Virus record (IMG/VR): IMGVR_UViG_3300020319_000014
Location: 1 to 24,943 of that record
DNA length: 24,943 nt
Reading direction: 5' to 3' (one strand)
DNA from: a virus
Lineage: Duplodnaviria > Caudoviricetes
The translations under genes and the position numbers were made by a program. Within the stretch, counting starts at the first letter, position 1; each line of letters starts with the position of its first letter. Below, piece by piece: positions 8,912 through 17,137 of the stretch. A model generated the notes under the pieces. That model had not been told where the DNA came from. It worked only from the letters and a program-made list of their open reading frames with translations, and searched no databases.

Positions 8912-9661
8912 ATGCAGACGAAAATTGATTACTGGTTATGGAAATCTATCATATCTAAAACAGACTGCCAAAAAATAATTAATAGAGGTTTAGAACAATT
9001 AGAGTTAAATGACTCTAAAGGTATTGACAATAAGGCCATAACTTGGGGCGATAGACAAAAATCTAAAGACAGAACAATATCAACAAAAGATTTAACTCTT
9101 GAAGAGATAAAGGAAAAAAATATAAACACAAATGATGTTTATGTTAGAGATAGTAATATTGCTTGGTTAAGTGACCAATGGATATATGACTTAATTTGGG
9201 ATTGGGTTAAAAAAGCAAACATAAGAGCAGGTTGGAATTATGAATTTGATTATTCTGAGCCTTGTCAATTTACAATTTATAATAAAGACCAATTTTACGG
9301 ATGGCATAGTGATGGTCCGAATGATAATCATTCTGTAAAAGTAAGAAAAATACCTGGTGTGCTTGATGAAAATAATGAAGATAAACATTTATTAATTGAT
9401 ATTCCTGAATTAGTTGGTAAAGTTAGAAAATTATCAATAACATTAATGTTATCTGACCCAAAAGATTATGAGGGTGGAAATTTAAAGTTTGATTTTGGTG
9501 TACATAAAGAAACAAAAAGGTTTGAAGAGATATCTGGTGGTCAAGTAAACCAAGGGTCAATGGTTGTTTTTCCTAGTTATAAATATCATTGCGTAACACC
9601 TGTTACAAAAGGTACTAGATATTCTTTAGTGGCGTGGTTTAATGGAAGGCCAATGAAATGA
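8912..9661 (+). CDS. 2OG-Fe(II) oxygenase, PKHD-type hydroxylase-like, 249 aa
   Basis: FYGWHSD (HxD), RKLSITLMLSDPKDYEGGNL, GSMVVFPSYKYHCVTPVTKGTRYSLVAW (distal His plus RxS). Confidence 0.9.
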   Translation: MQTKIDYWLWKSIISKTDCQKIINRGLEQLELNDSKGIDNKAITWGDRQKSKDRTISTKDLTLEEIKEKNINTNDVYVRDSNIAWLSDQWIYDLIWDWVKKANIRAGWNYEFDYSEPCQFTIYNKDQFYGWHSDGPNDNHSVKVRKIPGVLDENNEDKHLLIDIPELVGKVRKLSITLMLSDPKDYEGGNLKFDFGVHKETKRFEEISGGQVNQGSMVVFPSYKYHCVTPVTKGTRYSLVAWFNGRPMK

Positions 9662-10302
9662 TTTATGATGTAATGACAAAATATTTTAATGAAAACGGTT
9701 ATGTAATTATTGAAGATTTTTTAAAACCCGAAATGACTTCTTTACTTTATGAATACACAAAAATAAAAGCTCGTAGAGAAGCAATAAAAGAAGCAACAAA
9801 TCCAAAATTTTATCACAAAGAATTAGATGGCAAATTTGATGACCCACAAGCCATAGGTGCTTATTCTTTGTATGGCGACCCATTAATGGAATCAATACTA
9901 ATTCAATCTAATTTATTCGTAGGAAAAATTATTAATTTAGAGTTAGTACCTACATATTCATATTGGAGATTGTATGTAACTGGCAATGATTTAAAAAAAC
10001 ATATAGACAGACCAAGTTGTGAATATTCTACAACACTATTTTTAGGACATGATATAAGTAATATAAAAGATAAAAATTATAACTGGCCAATTTACATTAA
10101 ATCTCGTAAAAATGAAATACAAGAAGTAAAATTAAAACCAGGTGATATGGTCATTTATAAAGGTTGTGATGTAGAACATTGGAGAAATCAATTTATAGGT
10201 TTAAATCATGCTCAGGTATTTTTACACTATAACGATAAAAACGGAAAATTTAAAGAACCATATGATGGAAGAAAATTTTTAGGTCTTCCATCTGTAAATT
10301 AA
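9658..10302 (+). CDS. 2OG-Fe(II) oxygenase-like protein, 214 aa
   Basis: PTYSYWRLY...LKKHIDRPSCEYSTTL (HxD) and LKPGDMVIYKGCDVEHWR (distal His). ATGA overlap with the upstream gene. Confidence 0.8.
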   Translation: MIYDVMTKYFNENGYVIIEDFLKPEMTSLLYEYTKIKARREAIKEATNPKFYHKELDGKFDDPQAIGAYSLYGDPLMESILIQSNLFVGKIINLELVPTYSYWRLYVTGNDLKKHIDRPSCEYSTTLFLGHDISNIKDKNYNWPIYIKSRKNEIQEVKLKPGDMVIYKGCDVEHWRNQFIGLNHAQVFLHYNDKNGKFKEPYDGRKFLGLPSVN

Positions 10303-10311
10303 GAGGAAATT

Positions 10312-10698
10312 ATGGATATTAAAACACAAAAAAATATGAAAAAATATGACGGCTTAAAATTTGATTTTTCAGATGTTAAAGATGAACATAAAAAAGCAGT
10401 AAACGAAGCTTGTGATATATTAAAAGAACAAGGCGTCAATCAAAACATTATTGAAAACTTAAAATTAAAATTTAAAATAAAAGAAATACCTTCATATGAT
10501 ATTATGAAAAGCCCATTTGTACAATATTGTTTAAAAAATAATGTACATGTTCAACCACAAGGAAATATTACAACAGCTAAAAATAATGAACCATTTTTAT
10601 ATCCCGTTGTTTCGGTAACCGAAGATATTAGAAAACTTAATATAGTATTTGATAAAATTTTTGAAGATGGTATTGCTGCTGCTAAGCAGATTAAATGA
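10312..10698 (+). CDS. Hypothetical protein, 128 aa
   Basis: SD AGAGGA upstream and ATGA overlap with the halogenase. No motif recognised. Confidence 0.7.
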   Translation: MDIKTQKNMKKYDGLKFDFSDVKDEHKKAVNEACDILKEQGVNQNIIENLKLKFKIKEIPSYDIMKSPFVQYCLKNNVHVQPQGNITTAKNNEPFLYPVVSVTEDIRKLNIVFDKIFEDGIAAAKQIK

Positions 10699-12245
10699 AA
10701 AATGTTAAAAAAATAATTGTATTAGGTGGTGGTAGTGCAGGTTGGATGACAGCCTCTACACTTATAAAAGAATATCCTGATAAAGAAATTACATTAATTG
10801 AAAGTCCTAACACACCTATTGTTGGTGTAGGCGAAAGCACAATTGGTGGTATAAAATATTGGACAACTTATCTAGGTATAGATGATAACGAATTTTTTAA
10901 ATATACAGACGCAACATATAAATTAAGTATTAGATTTGAAGATTTTTATAAAAAAGGTGATGGTGGATTTCATTATCCTTTTGGTGAGCCTGTTTTTATT
11001 AACAAAGCAGATGGTTATAATGAATGGATTATAAAAAAACATATTTATCCTGAAACTCATAGGTCTGACTTTGCAGATTGTTTTTATCCTCAAATGGCTT
11101 TAGTTAATAATAAAAAACTATTTGATAATGAAAAAAATGAAATACCATTTAATTTCAGAGAAAATACTGCTTATCATTTTGACGCAACAAAATTCGGTTT
11201 ATTTTTAAAAGAAAGATATTGTTTGCCTAGAGGTGTGAAACATATCGTAGAAGATATAAAAACTATTGAATGTAATGATGATGGTATTGAATCTTTAAAT
11301 AAAAAATATAAAGCAGATTTATACTTTGATTGTACAGGTTTTAAATCATTATTATTAGGCGAAACTTTACAAACAGAATTTGAATCTTATTCGGATATGT
11401 TACCTAACAATTCAGCTTGGGCTACTAGAGTACCTTATAAAAATAAAAAAGAAGAAATAAATTGTTATACAAATTGCACAGCTATTGAAAATGGTTGGGT
11501 TTGGCAAATACCATTATGGTCTCGTTGGGGTACAGGTTATGTTTATTCAGATAAATTTGTAGATGATGAAACAGCTTTAAAAGAATTTAAAAATCATTTA
11601 GATAAAAAAGGTCAAGATTATAGTAACGCAGAATTTAAAAAAATTAAAATGCGTGTTGGTATTCATAAGAGATTATGGGTCAAAAATGTTGTTGGTATTG
11701 GTTTAGCAGCCGGTTTTATTGAACCTCTTGAAAGTAATGGTTTATTTTCAGTACATGAATTTATAATGCGTTTTATAAGAAATGCACAAAGAGATATTAT
11801 TACTCAATGGGATAGAGATAATTTTACTTTTCAATGTAAAAAATTTTTTAGAAATTTTGCAGAATTTGTAGCAATGCATTATGCTATGTCTAATAGAGAT
11901 GATACAGAATATTGGAAAGCAAATACAAATAAAGTTTGGGATAAAGGTTTGCCTGATTTAGTACCTGTTTTACAAGATGGCTTTTCAAGAGCTGCTGCTG
12001 ATAGAGATTTTGTACATAGGTTTAATGATGGTGGTTTACATTGTATAGCATTTGGTATGGAATGGTATCCTACTGAAGCCACAAATGTAAAATATTATCA
12101 AGGTTTAGATGATAATGAATTTAAAAAACAATTAATTAGTAGAGTGATTGCTTTAAATCATAGAAAAAAAGATTGGGATTTAACCGTACAAGATAAACCT
12201 AGTTTTTACGACTATCATAAAAATAGATTTTACAATGACAATTAA
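10695..12245 (+). CDS. Flavin-dependent halogenase, tryptophan halogenase (PrnA/RebH/VirX1) family, 516 aa
   Basis: GGGSAGW FAD-binding motif, GVGEST, ATYK76LSI (equivalent of PrnA catalytic K79), AYHFDA, DCTGF, GWVWQIP (WxWxIP) and FIEPLESNG (FxxPxxSxG). Confidence 0.93.
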   Translation: MKNVKKIIVLGGGSAGWMTASTLIKEYPDKEITLIESPNTPIVGVGESTIGGIKYWTTYLGIDDNEFFKYTDATYKLSIRFEDFYKKGDGGFHYPFGEPVFINKADGYNEWIIKKHIYPETHRSDFADCFYPQMALVNNKKLFDNEKNEIPFNFRENTAYHFDATKFGLFLKERYCLPRGVKHIVEDIKTIECNDDGIESLNKKYKADLYFDCTGFKSLLLGETLQTEFESYSDMLPNNSAWATRVPYKNKKEEINCYTNCTAIENGWVWQIPLWSRWGTGYVYSDKFVDDETALKEFKNHLDKKGQDYSNAEFKKIKMRVGIHKRLWVKNVVGIGLAAGFIEPLESNGLFSVHEFIMRFIRNAQRDIITQWDRDNFTFQCKKFFRNFAEFVAMHYAMSNRDDTEYWKANTNKVWDKGLPDLVPVLQDGFSRAAADRDFVHRFNDGGLHCIAFGMEWYPTEATNVKYYQGLDDNEFKKQLISRVIALNHRKKDWDLTVQDKPSFYDYHKNRFYNDN

Positions 12246-12828
12246 AATAGATAATTTTATAGGTGTATTTGACAATGTTTTTAATAATGAATATTGTAAA
12301 TCAGTAATTGACCATTTTGAAAATCTAAACAATTTTCACAAGATAAAAAAAAGAAGTGAAGTTTTAAATCAGCCAGCAATTGAACAACAAACGGATGTTT
12401 ATCCTCTTATATTAGAAAATGATTCTACTTTTATTAGTGCGAATGATGAAATATTAAAAGAATTTAATATAAAACTTCAAGAGTGTTATACACATTATAT
12501 TAAAAAATATCCTGTATTAGATAGTATGGAAAAACATAGATTAAATTTAGATGTTAAAATACAAAGAACAATACCAGGAGAAGGCTATCATGTATGGCAT
12601 TGTGAACATAATGGTGTCGCAAATGGCAAAAGATTATTTTTAGTAATATTATATTTAAATGAAGTTGAAGGTGGTGAAACAGAATTTTTATATGCACATA
12701 AAAGAGTGGCTCCTAAAACTGGCAGGCTTATGATTTGTCCAGGAGGTTTTACTCACACACATAGAGGTAACCCACCTTTAAATGGTGTTAAATATATTTT
12801 AAATGGGTGGATTGAGTTTACACAATGA
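12235..12828 (+). CDS. 2OG-Fe(II) oxygenase, prolyl-4-hydroxylase-like, 197 aa
   Basis: GYHVWHCE (HxE), LYLNEVEGGETEF, THTHRGNPP...KYILNGW (distal His and 2OG-binding Lys). Confidence 0.9.
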   Translation: MTIKIDNFIGVFDNVFNNEYCKSVIDHFENLNNFHKIKKRSEVLNQPAIEQQTDVYPLILENDSTFISANDEILKEFNIKLQECYTHYIKKYPVLDSMEKHRLNLDVKIQRTIPGEGYHVWHCEHNGVANGKRLFLVILYLNEVEGGETEFLYAHKRVAPKTGRLMICPGGFTHTHRGNPPLNGVKYILNGWIEFTQ

Positions 12829-13562
12829 AAAGAAAAATAGTTTATTGGGCGCCATGGTTTGCACCGAGTGAAATTCATCATTGGAATATTTTATTTACTG
12901 AACCTAAAAAATTATTTAATACGGTTATAAAAGAAGTATCAATTAGAAATGATGATAGATTAAAAGGCATGATAAGATGTCCTGCTTTTTCTAATATTGG
13001 TAAAAATACTTACTATGTAGAAAATCCTATAAAAACAGAATTTAATTTATTACCACAAGAAATGAATGAAAGAATTAGAAGACCATATAGAATTGAATAC
13101 ATAGGTGAAAATCATTATAATTGTAATTTTAGTAATGGTGGAAATACTATATCTTATGGGTTGCCATATATATTTTTTTGTGAGGATGATTTAGAAATGA
13201 TGATGACAGGACCTTATTTTTCAAAAACATCATATACAAATTATGGTAATATAGTGCCTGGCAGATTTAATATATCAAGATGGTTTAGACCAATTAATTT
13301 AGAAGTATTACTAAATAAAGATAATTACCATTTTAAAATGGAAGAAAATGAACACATGGCTTATTTTTCTTTTTTAACAGATGATAAAGTTGAATTAAAA
13401 AGATTTGATTTAAATGATACATTAAGAAAAATATCAGACACTTGTTCGTCTGTTAGTGATTGGTGGTCTAATATACCTTTAATAAAAAGATACGATAGAT
13501 TTTTAAAATCAAAAACAAATAGACTTGTTATGAAAGAAATAAAAAAACAATTGGTAGAATAG
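12825..13562 (+). CDS. Hypothetical phage protein, 245 aa
   Basis: Long ORF coupled on both sides (ATGA overlap; TAG-ATG abutment). Motifs RCPAF and IVPGRFNISRWFRPIN. Function not recognised. Confidence 0.75.
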   Translation: MKRKIVYWAPWFAPSEIHHWNILFTEPKKLFNTVIKEVSIRNDDRLKGMIRCPAFSNIGKNTYYVENPIKTEFNLLPQEMNERIRRPYRIEYIGENHYNCNFSNGGNTISYGLPYIFFCEDDLEMMMTGPYFSKTSYTNYGNIVPGRFNISRWFRPINLEVLLNKDNYHFKMEENEHMAYFSFLTDDKVELKRFDLNDTLRKISDTCSSVSDWWSNIPLIKRYDRFLKSKTNRLVMKEIKKQLVE

Positions 13563-14060
13563 ATGATAAAAATACACGATAATAAAGTACCTTTTCATGC
13601 TATGGAACACATATACAATTTTGTATTAAATTCTAATTTTCATGTTAGTGGTTGGAAAGATAGAGATTATATTAATAAACACGATATACATTCAATATGG
13701 ACCGTAGAAGATTTAAAACATGCTAAATTACACCAATACCTAGAAAAAATACCATCATGTGATTTTAGCAAATGGTTTAAAACTACCGTAACTCTAACTC
13801 ATGCTAGTGACCATTACTATACTCATGCTCACGGTGATAACGATAATGTTTTTTTATATTATGCAAATTTAGAGTGGCGTGATGAGTGGCATGGTGAAAC
13901 TTTATTTTATGACCACAATAGAGTTTCAACTAGAGCATATCAATATACACCAGGTAGAATATTAGAATTTGATGGCTCATTGCCTCATTCAATTAGACCT
14001 CAATCGCATATTGGTCCTCAATACAGATTTACAATATCAAACTTTTTTAGAAAAAAATAA
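13563..14060 (+). CDS. 2OG-Fe(II) oxygenase, 165 aa
   Basis: HAHGD (HxD), LYYANLEWRDEWHGETLFY, PGRILEFDGSLPHSIRP...YRFTI (distal His and Arg). Confidence 0.85.
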   Translation: MIKIHDNKVPFHAMEHIYNFVLNSNFHVSGWKDRDYINKHDIHSIWTVEDLKHAKLHQYLEKIPSCDFSKWFKTTVTLTHASDHYYTHAHGDNDNVFLYYANLEWRDEWHGETLFYDHNRVSTRAYQYTPGRILEFDGSLPHSIRPQSHIGPQYRFTISNFFRKK

Positions 14061-14645
14061 ATGTTAGACATAAAAGAATTAACCATGAAACATCATAAAA
14101 ACGCAGAGCGTCAAGACTTTGTGAGATTGTTGATGTCAGGTCAAATAGATGAAAAACTATATGCAACATATCTTTATAATCAATTACAATGCTATGCTGT
14201 ATTAGAAAAATATGGTATGCACAACTCTTTATTTAGAGATACACCAGGTTTATTAAGAGCTGAACATATACATTATGATTACAGAGCATTGTGGACTGAT
14301 ATAGGTTTACCACCGGAAATAACTCAAAGTACAAAAGATTACATAGAACATATTGAATCAATACAAGATGAAGCTATGAAACTATATGCACACATATATG
14401 TAAGACACATGGGAGATTTATCAGGTGGTCAAATGATTATGAAAAAAACACCAGGTCCTAATAGATATTATAAGTTTAAACATAAAGAAGTAGGTGATTA
14501 TAAAAGAATTGTAAAAGAAACAATCAATACATATTTAAATGTGTATGAACATTCAGTATTACCAGAAGCAATGTATTGTTTTGAAAGCGCAACTAAATTA
14601 TTTAAAGAAATGAAGGAGCTCCATGATTTGGGAAAGACTGATTAA
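14061..14645 (+). CDS. hemO: Heme oxygenase (phage HemO/Ho1), 194 aa
   Basis: N-terminal KELT..HHKNAE (proximal heme His) and the distal-helix signature AHIYVRHMGDLSGGQMI. Confidence 0.92.
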   Translation: MLDIKELTMKHHKNAERQDFVRLLMSGQIDEKLYATYLYNQLQCYAVLEKYGMHNSLFRDTPGLLRAEHIHYDYRALWTDIGLPPEITQSTKDYIEHIESIQDEAMKLYAHIYVRHMGDLSGGQMIMKKTPGPNRYYKFKHKEVGDYKRIVKETINTYLNVYEHSVLPEAMYCFESATKLFKEMKELHDLGKTD

Positions 14646-15300
14646 GTGGGAACAAGACACAATAAGATTACTCAATAAAGAGTTAATGGAATATGAAGAA
14701 CCAGGCATGGATAGATTTAATAAACCTGGTTGGACAAATAGAACATGGAAGAATGAGTGGATAAGAAGAGCTCATGTAGATGTTGTTGACGCCAGAGATA
14801 CTAAAGGTTTATGGATGGCTCATGTATGTTTGTTTCCAGAATTAACAAACGGTGGACCAATTTATGGTTTTGATATAATTGCAGGTAAAAAGAAAGTTAC
14901 AGGTGCCTTTCACGATTTTAGTCCTTTATTACAGAAATATCATCCATTGACAGAGTGGTTTAAAGAAGAAGTTAAATGGTATAAACCGAGTAAAGAGAGA
15001 GAATTACCAGATTGGGCAAAAGCAATTTTTAGTGGTGGTATGATTGCAGCTGGTAATGTACAAGAAGAAAAAGAATTAAATCAGATATGTACAATGGCTG
15101 TGTCCAATCTGGCTAATTACATAGATAAAATTAGAACACACCATGGTGAGGCTAAGAAAGAAGATGTAATTAAAGCACAAAACTATTATTGTGAACATCA
15201 ACAAAAAAACCCTCACACACCTAGAGTTATGCAAACACTTGGTCTTCCAGACGAAGATATCAAGTTATTCTGTCAAGATAATCTCTTTCCGAAGATATAA
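14623..15300 (+). CDS. pcyX: Ferredoxin-dependent bilin reductase, PcyX type (PcyA-related), 225 aa
   Basis: RRAHVD..LWMAHVCLFP....PIYGFDIIAG...TGAFHDFSP, RELPDWA.IFS and QNYYCEHQQKNPHT match the FDBR family. The PcyA His88/Asp105 pair corresponds to His67/Asp84. It lies directly after hemO, as in the described phage hemO-pcyX cassettes. Confidence 0.85.
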   Translation: MIWERLIKWEQDTIRLLNKELMEYEEPGMDRFNKPGWTNRTWKNEWIRRAHVDVVDARDTKGLWMAHVCLFPELTNGGPIYGFDIIAGKKKVTGAFHDFSPLLQKYHPLTEWFKEEVKWYKPSKERELPDWAKAIFSGGMIAAGNVQEEKELNQICTMAVSNLANYIDKIRTHHGEAKKEDVIKAQNYYCEHQQKNPHTPRVMQTLGLPDEDIKLFCQDNLFPKI

Positions 15301-15315
15301 TAAATCTTATAAATA
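15300..15315 (+). repeat. 16-bp direct repeat ATAAATCTTATAAATA, copy 2
   Basis: Identical to 8869-8884. Confidence 0.85.
15308..15315 (+). promoter_or_regulatory. T4-type late promoter TATAAATA upstream of gp13
   Basis: Exact consensus, intergenic, followed by SD AAGGA and the ATG at 15336. Confidence 0.85.
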
Positions 15316-15335
15316 GTCCAGAAAAGGAATAACTT

Positions 15336-16142
15336 ATGGCAGAACCAGCAACAAGAGAAAATTTAAAACAATATGCTTTAAGAGCATTGGGTAAGCCTGT
15401 CATTGAGATAAACGCAGATGACGACCAGTTAGAAGATAGACTGGATGAGGCATTGCAATACTTCGCTCAATACCACTATGACGGCATACAAAGAGCATAT
15501 TTAAAATATCAATATACAGAAGCGGATAAGACTAGAATGACTGCTGATTCTTCAGAATCTATAACGAAGAACGGTGTTACTACATCATGGAAAGAGGGTA
15601 ATAACTTTATAGTTGTTCCTGAAAGTGTTATATCAGTTATCAATATATTTCCATTTTCAAATAAATCTAATATGAATTTATTTGATGTACGATATCAATT
15701 AAGATTAAATGACCTTTATGACTTTTCATCTACAAGTATTATAAACTATGATGTTGTATTAAGACATTTAGATTTTTTAGACCACATATTAGTTGGTGAA
15801 AAACCTTTAAGATTTAATCAACATGACAATAGATTATATATTGACATGGATTGGACAAATGATTTAGCAGTAGGTGAGTTTATCGTAATTGAAGCATACA
15901 GAAAAATGGACCCCAATACACATACAGATGTTTTTAATGATATCTTTTTAAAGAGATATGTTACAGCATTATTTAAAAAACAATGGGGTGCTAATCTATC
16001 TAAATTTGATGGTGTAGCAATGATTGGTGGCGTAACACTTAATGGTAGACAAATATATTCAGAGGCATTACAAGACATTGAAAAATTAGAAACTGAAATT
16101 AGAAGTACATTTGAGCTTAATCCAGCAATGATGATTGGATAG
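15336..16142 (+). CDS. gp13: Neck protein gp13, 268 aa
   Basis: LKQYALRALGKPVIEIN..DQLEDRLDEALQYF..YHYDG and KKQWGANLSKF...GGVTLNGRQIY. Position matches the T4 gene order. Confidence 0.93.
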   Translation: MAEPATRENLKQYALRALGKPVIEINADDDQLEDRLDEALQYFAQYHYDGIQRAYLKYQYTEADKTRMTADSSESITKNGVTTSWKEGNNFIVVPESVISVINIFPFSNKSNMNLFDVRYQLRLNDLYDFSSTSIINYDVVLRHLDFLDHILVGEKPLRFNQHDNRLYIDMDWTNDLAVGEFIVIEAYRKMDPNTHTDVFNDIFLKRYVTALFKKQWGANLSKFDGVAMIGGVTLNGRQIYSEALQDIEKLETEIRSTFELNPAMMIG

Positions 16143-16148
16143 AAAATC

Positions 16149-16970
16149 ATGGCAGTAAATCACTATTTTCAAGGTGGCAAGGGTATTGGAAACCAGGCCG
16201 AGAAAAGATTACACGAAGATATAATTATAGAAAGTCTAAAGATTTTTGGACAGGATATCTATTATCTTCCTCGTACTCTTGTTAATAGAGATTTAGTATT
16301 AGGTGAAGATACATCATCAAGATTTGATGACTCTTATCTATTAGAGATGTATTTTGAAACAAATGAAGGATTTGCTGGTGAAAATGAAATCATTAACAAA
16401 TTCGGTTTAGAAATTAGAGATGATACAACTTTAGTATTATCTAAAAGAAGATTTGAGGACCATGTTGCTAGTAAGGCAACATTAACTGCTACAGGCAGAC
16501 CTAATGAGGGTGATATTGTTTATGTACCACTTCTAAAATCTTTCTTTGAAATTCAATTTGTAGAAGACCAAGAGCCATTCTATCAACTTGGTAACTTACC
16601 AGTTTATAAATTAAAAGTAACTCGTTGGGAATATGCAAATGAAGAAATCAATACCGGTATTAATACACTTGACAAAGTTGAAGATAAGTATTCATTAAAC
16701 GAATATGCTTACAGATTTCAATTAGAGTATGGTCAAGAGGCATTAACAGGTCGTGGTTCAATTGTATTAGAAGATTATCACGATTACTCAACAGGTCAAC
16801 CGGCCTTTTTAATGAATGAAGATTATACAGCTTCAGAGATTGTAGCAAAACAATCTCCATATGCTGGTAATTTAGATTTAAATACAGAGGCAGGTTATGA
16901 TACGGTTGGTACAGCAGATGATATATTAGACTTTACAGAAAGAAACCCTTTCGGAGAGGTAGATGAATAA
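16149..16970 (+). CDS. gp14: Neck/head-closure protein gp14, 273 aa
   Basis: ESLKIFGQDIYYLPR, KFGLEIRD, RPNEGDIVY, FEIQFVED..PFYQLG and C-terminal DFTERNPFGE. Confidence 0.93.
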   Translation: MAVNHYFQGGKGIGNQAEKRLHEDIIIESLKIFGQDIYYLPRTLVNRDLVLGEDTSSRFDDSYLLEMYFETNEGFAGENEIINKFGLEIRDDTTLVLSKRRFEDHVASKATLTATGRPNEGDIVYVPLLKSFFEIQFVEDQEPFYQLGNLPVYKLKVTRWEYANEEINTGINTLDKVEDKYSLNEYAYRFQLEYGQEALTGRGSIVLEDYHDYSTGQPAFLMNEDYTASEIVAKQSPYAGNLDLNTEAGYDTVGTADDILDFTERNPFGEVDE

Positions 16971-17137
16971 TGGATAGAGATAGAACAAAACAATTAGTAG
17001 AACATACTAATAAAATTAATTTAAAGAAAAAAGAATTAGAACTATCTAAATCTTTAAGACAAGAAGTAGAAATAGGTGCTACAGGCACACAAAGATATAG
17101 AATTAAAAACGGTCCAAATAAAGGTAAAGTATTATAA
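16970..17137 (+). CDS. Small basic hypothetical protein, 55 aa (missing from the ORF track)
   Basis: MDRDRTKQLVEHTNKINLKKKELELSKSLRQEVEIGATGTQRYRIKNGPNKGKVL*. TAATG overlaps with both gp14 and gp15, and a GAGGT SD lies upstream. Confidence 0.8.
   Translation: MDRDRTKQLVEHTNKINLKKKELELSKSLRQEVEIGATGTQRYRIKNGPNKGKVL

Noticed and set aside
14623-15300. Calling the bilin reductase pebS or cyanobacterial pcyA
   Set aside because: It keeps the PcyA-type His/Asp pair, which argues against PebS. It has Asp53 where PcyA has Glu76 and the NPH motif, which fits PcyX better. A phylogeny is needed to settle it.
16944-16960. UUCG-like hairpin near the end of gp14
   Set aside because: The stem is weak, has no U-tract and is explained by the conserved NPFGE coding motif.
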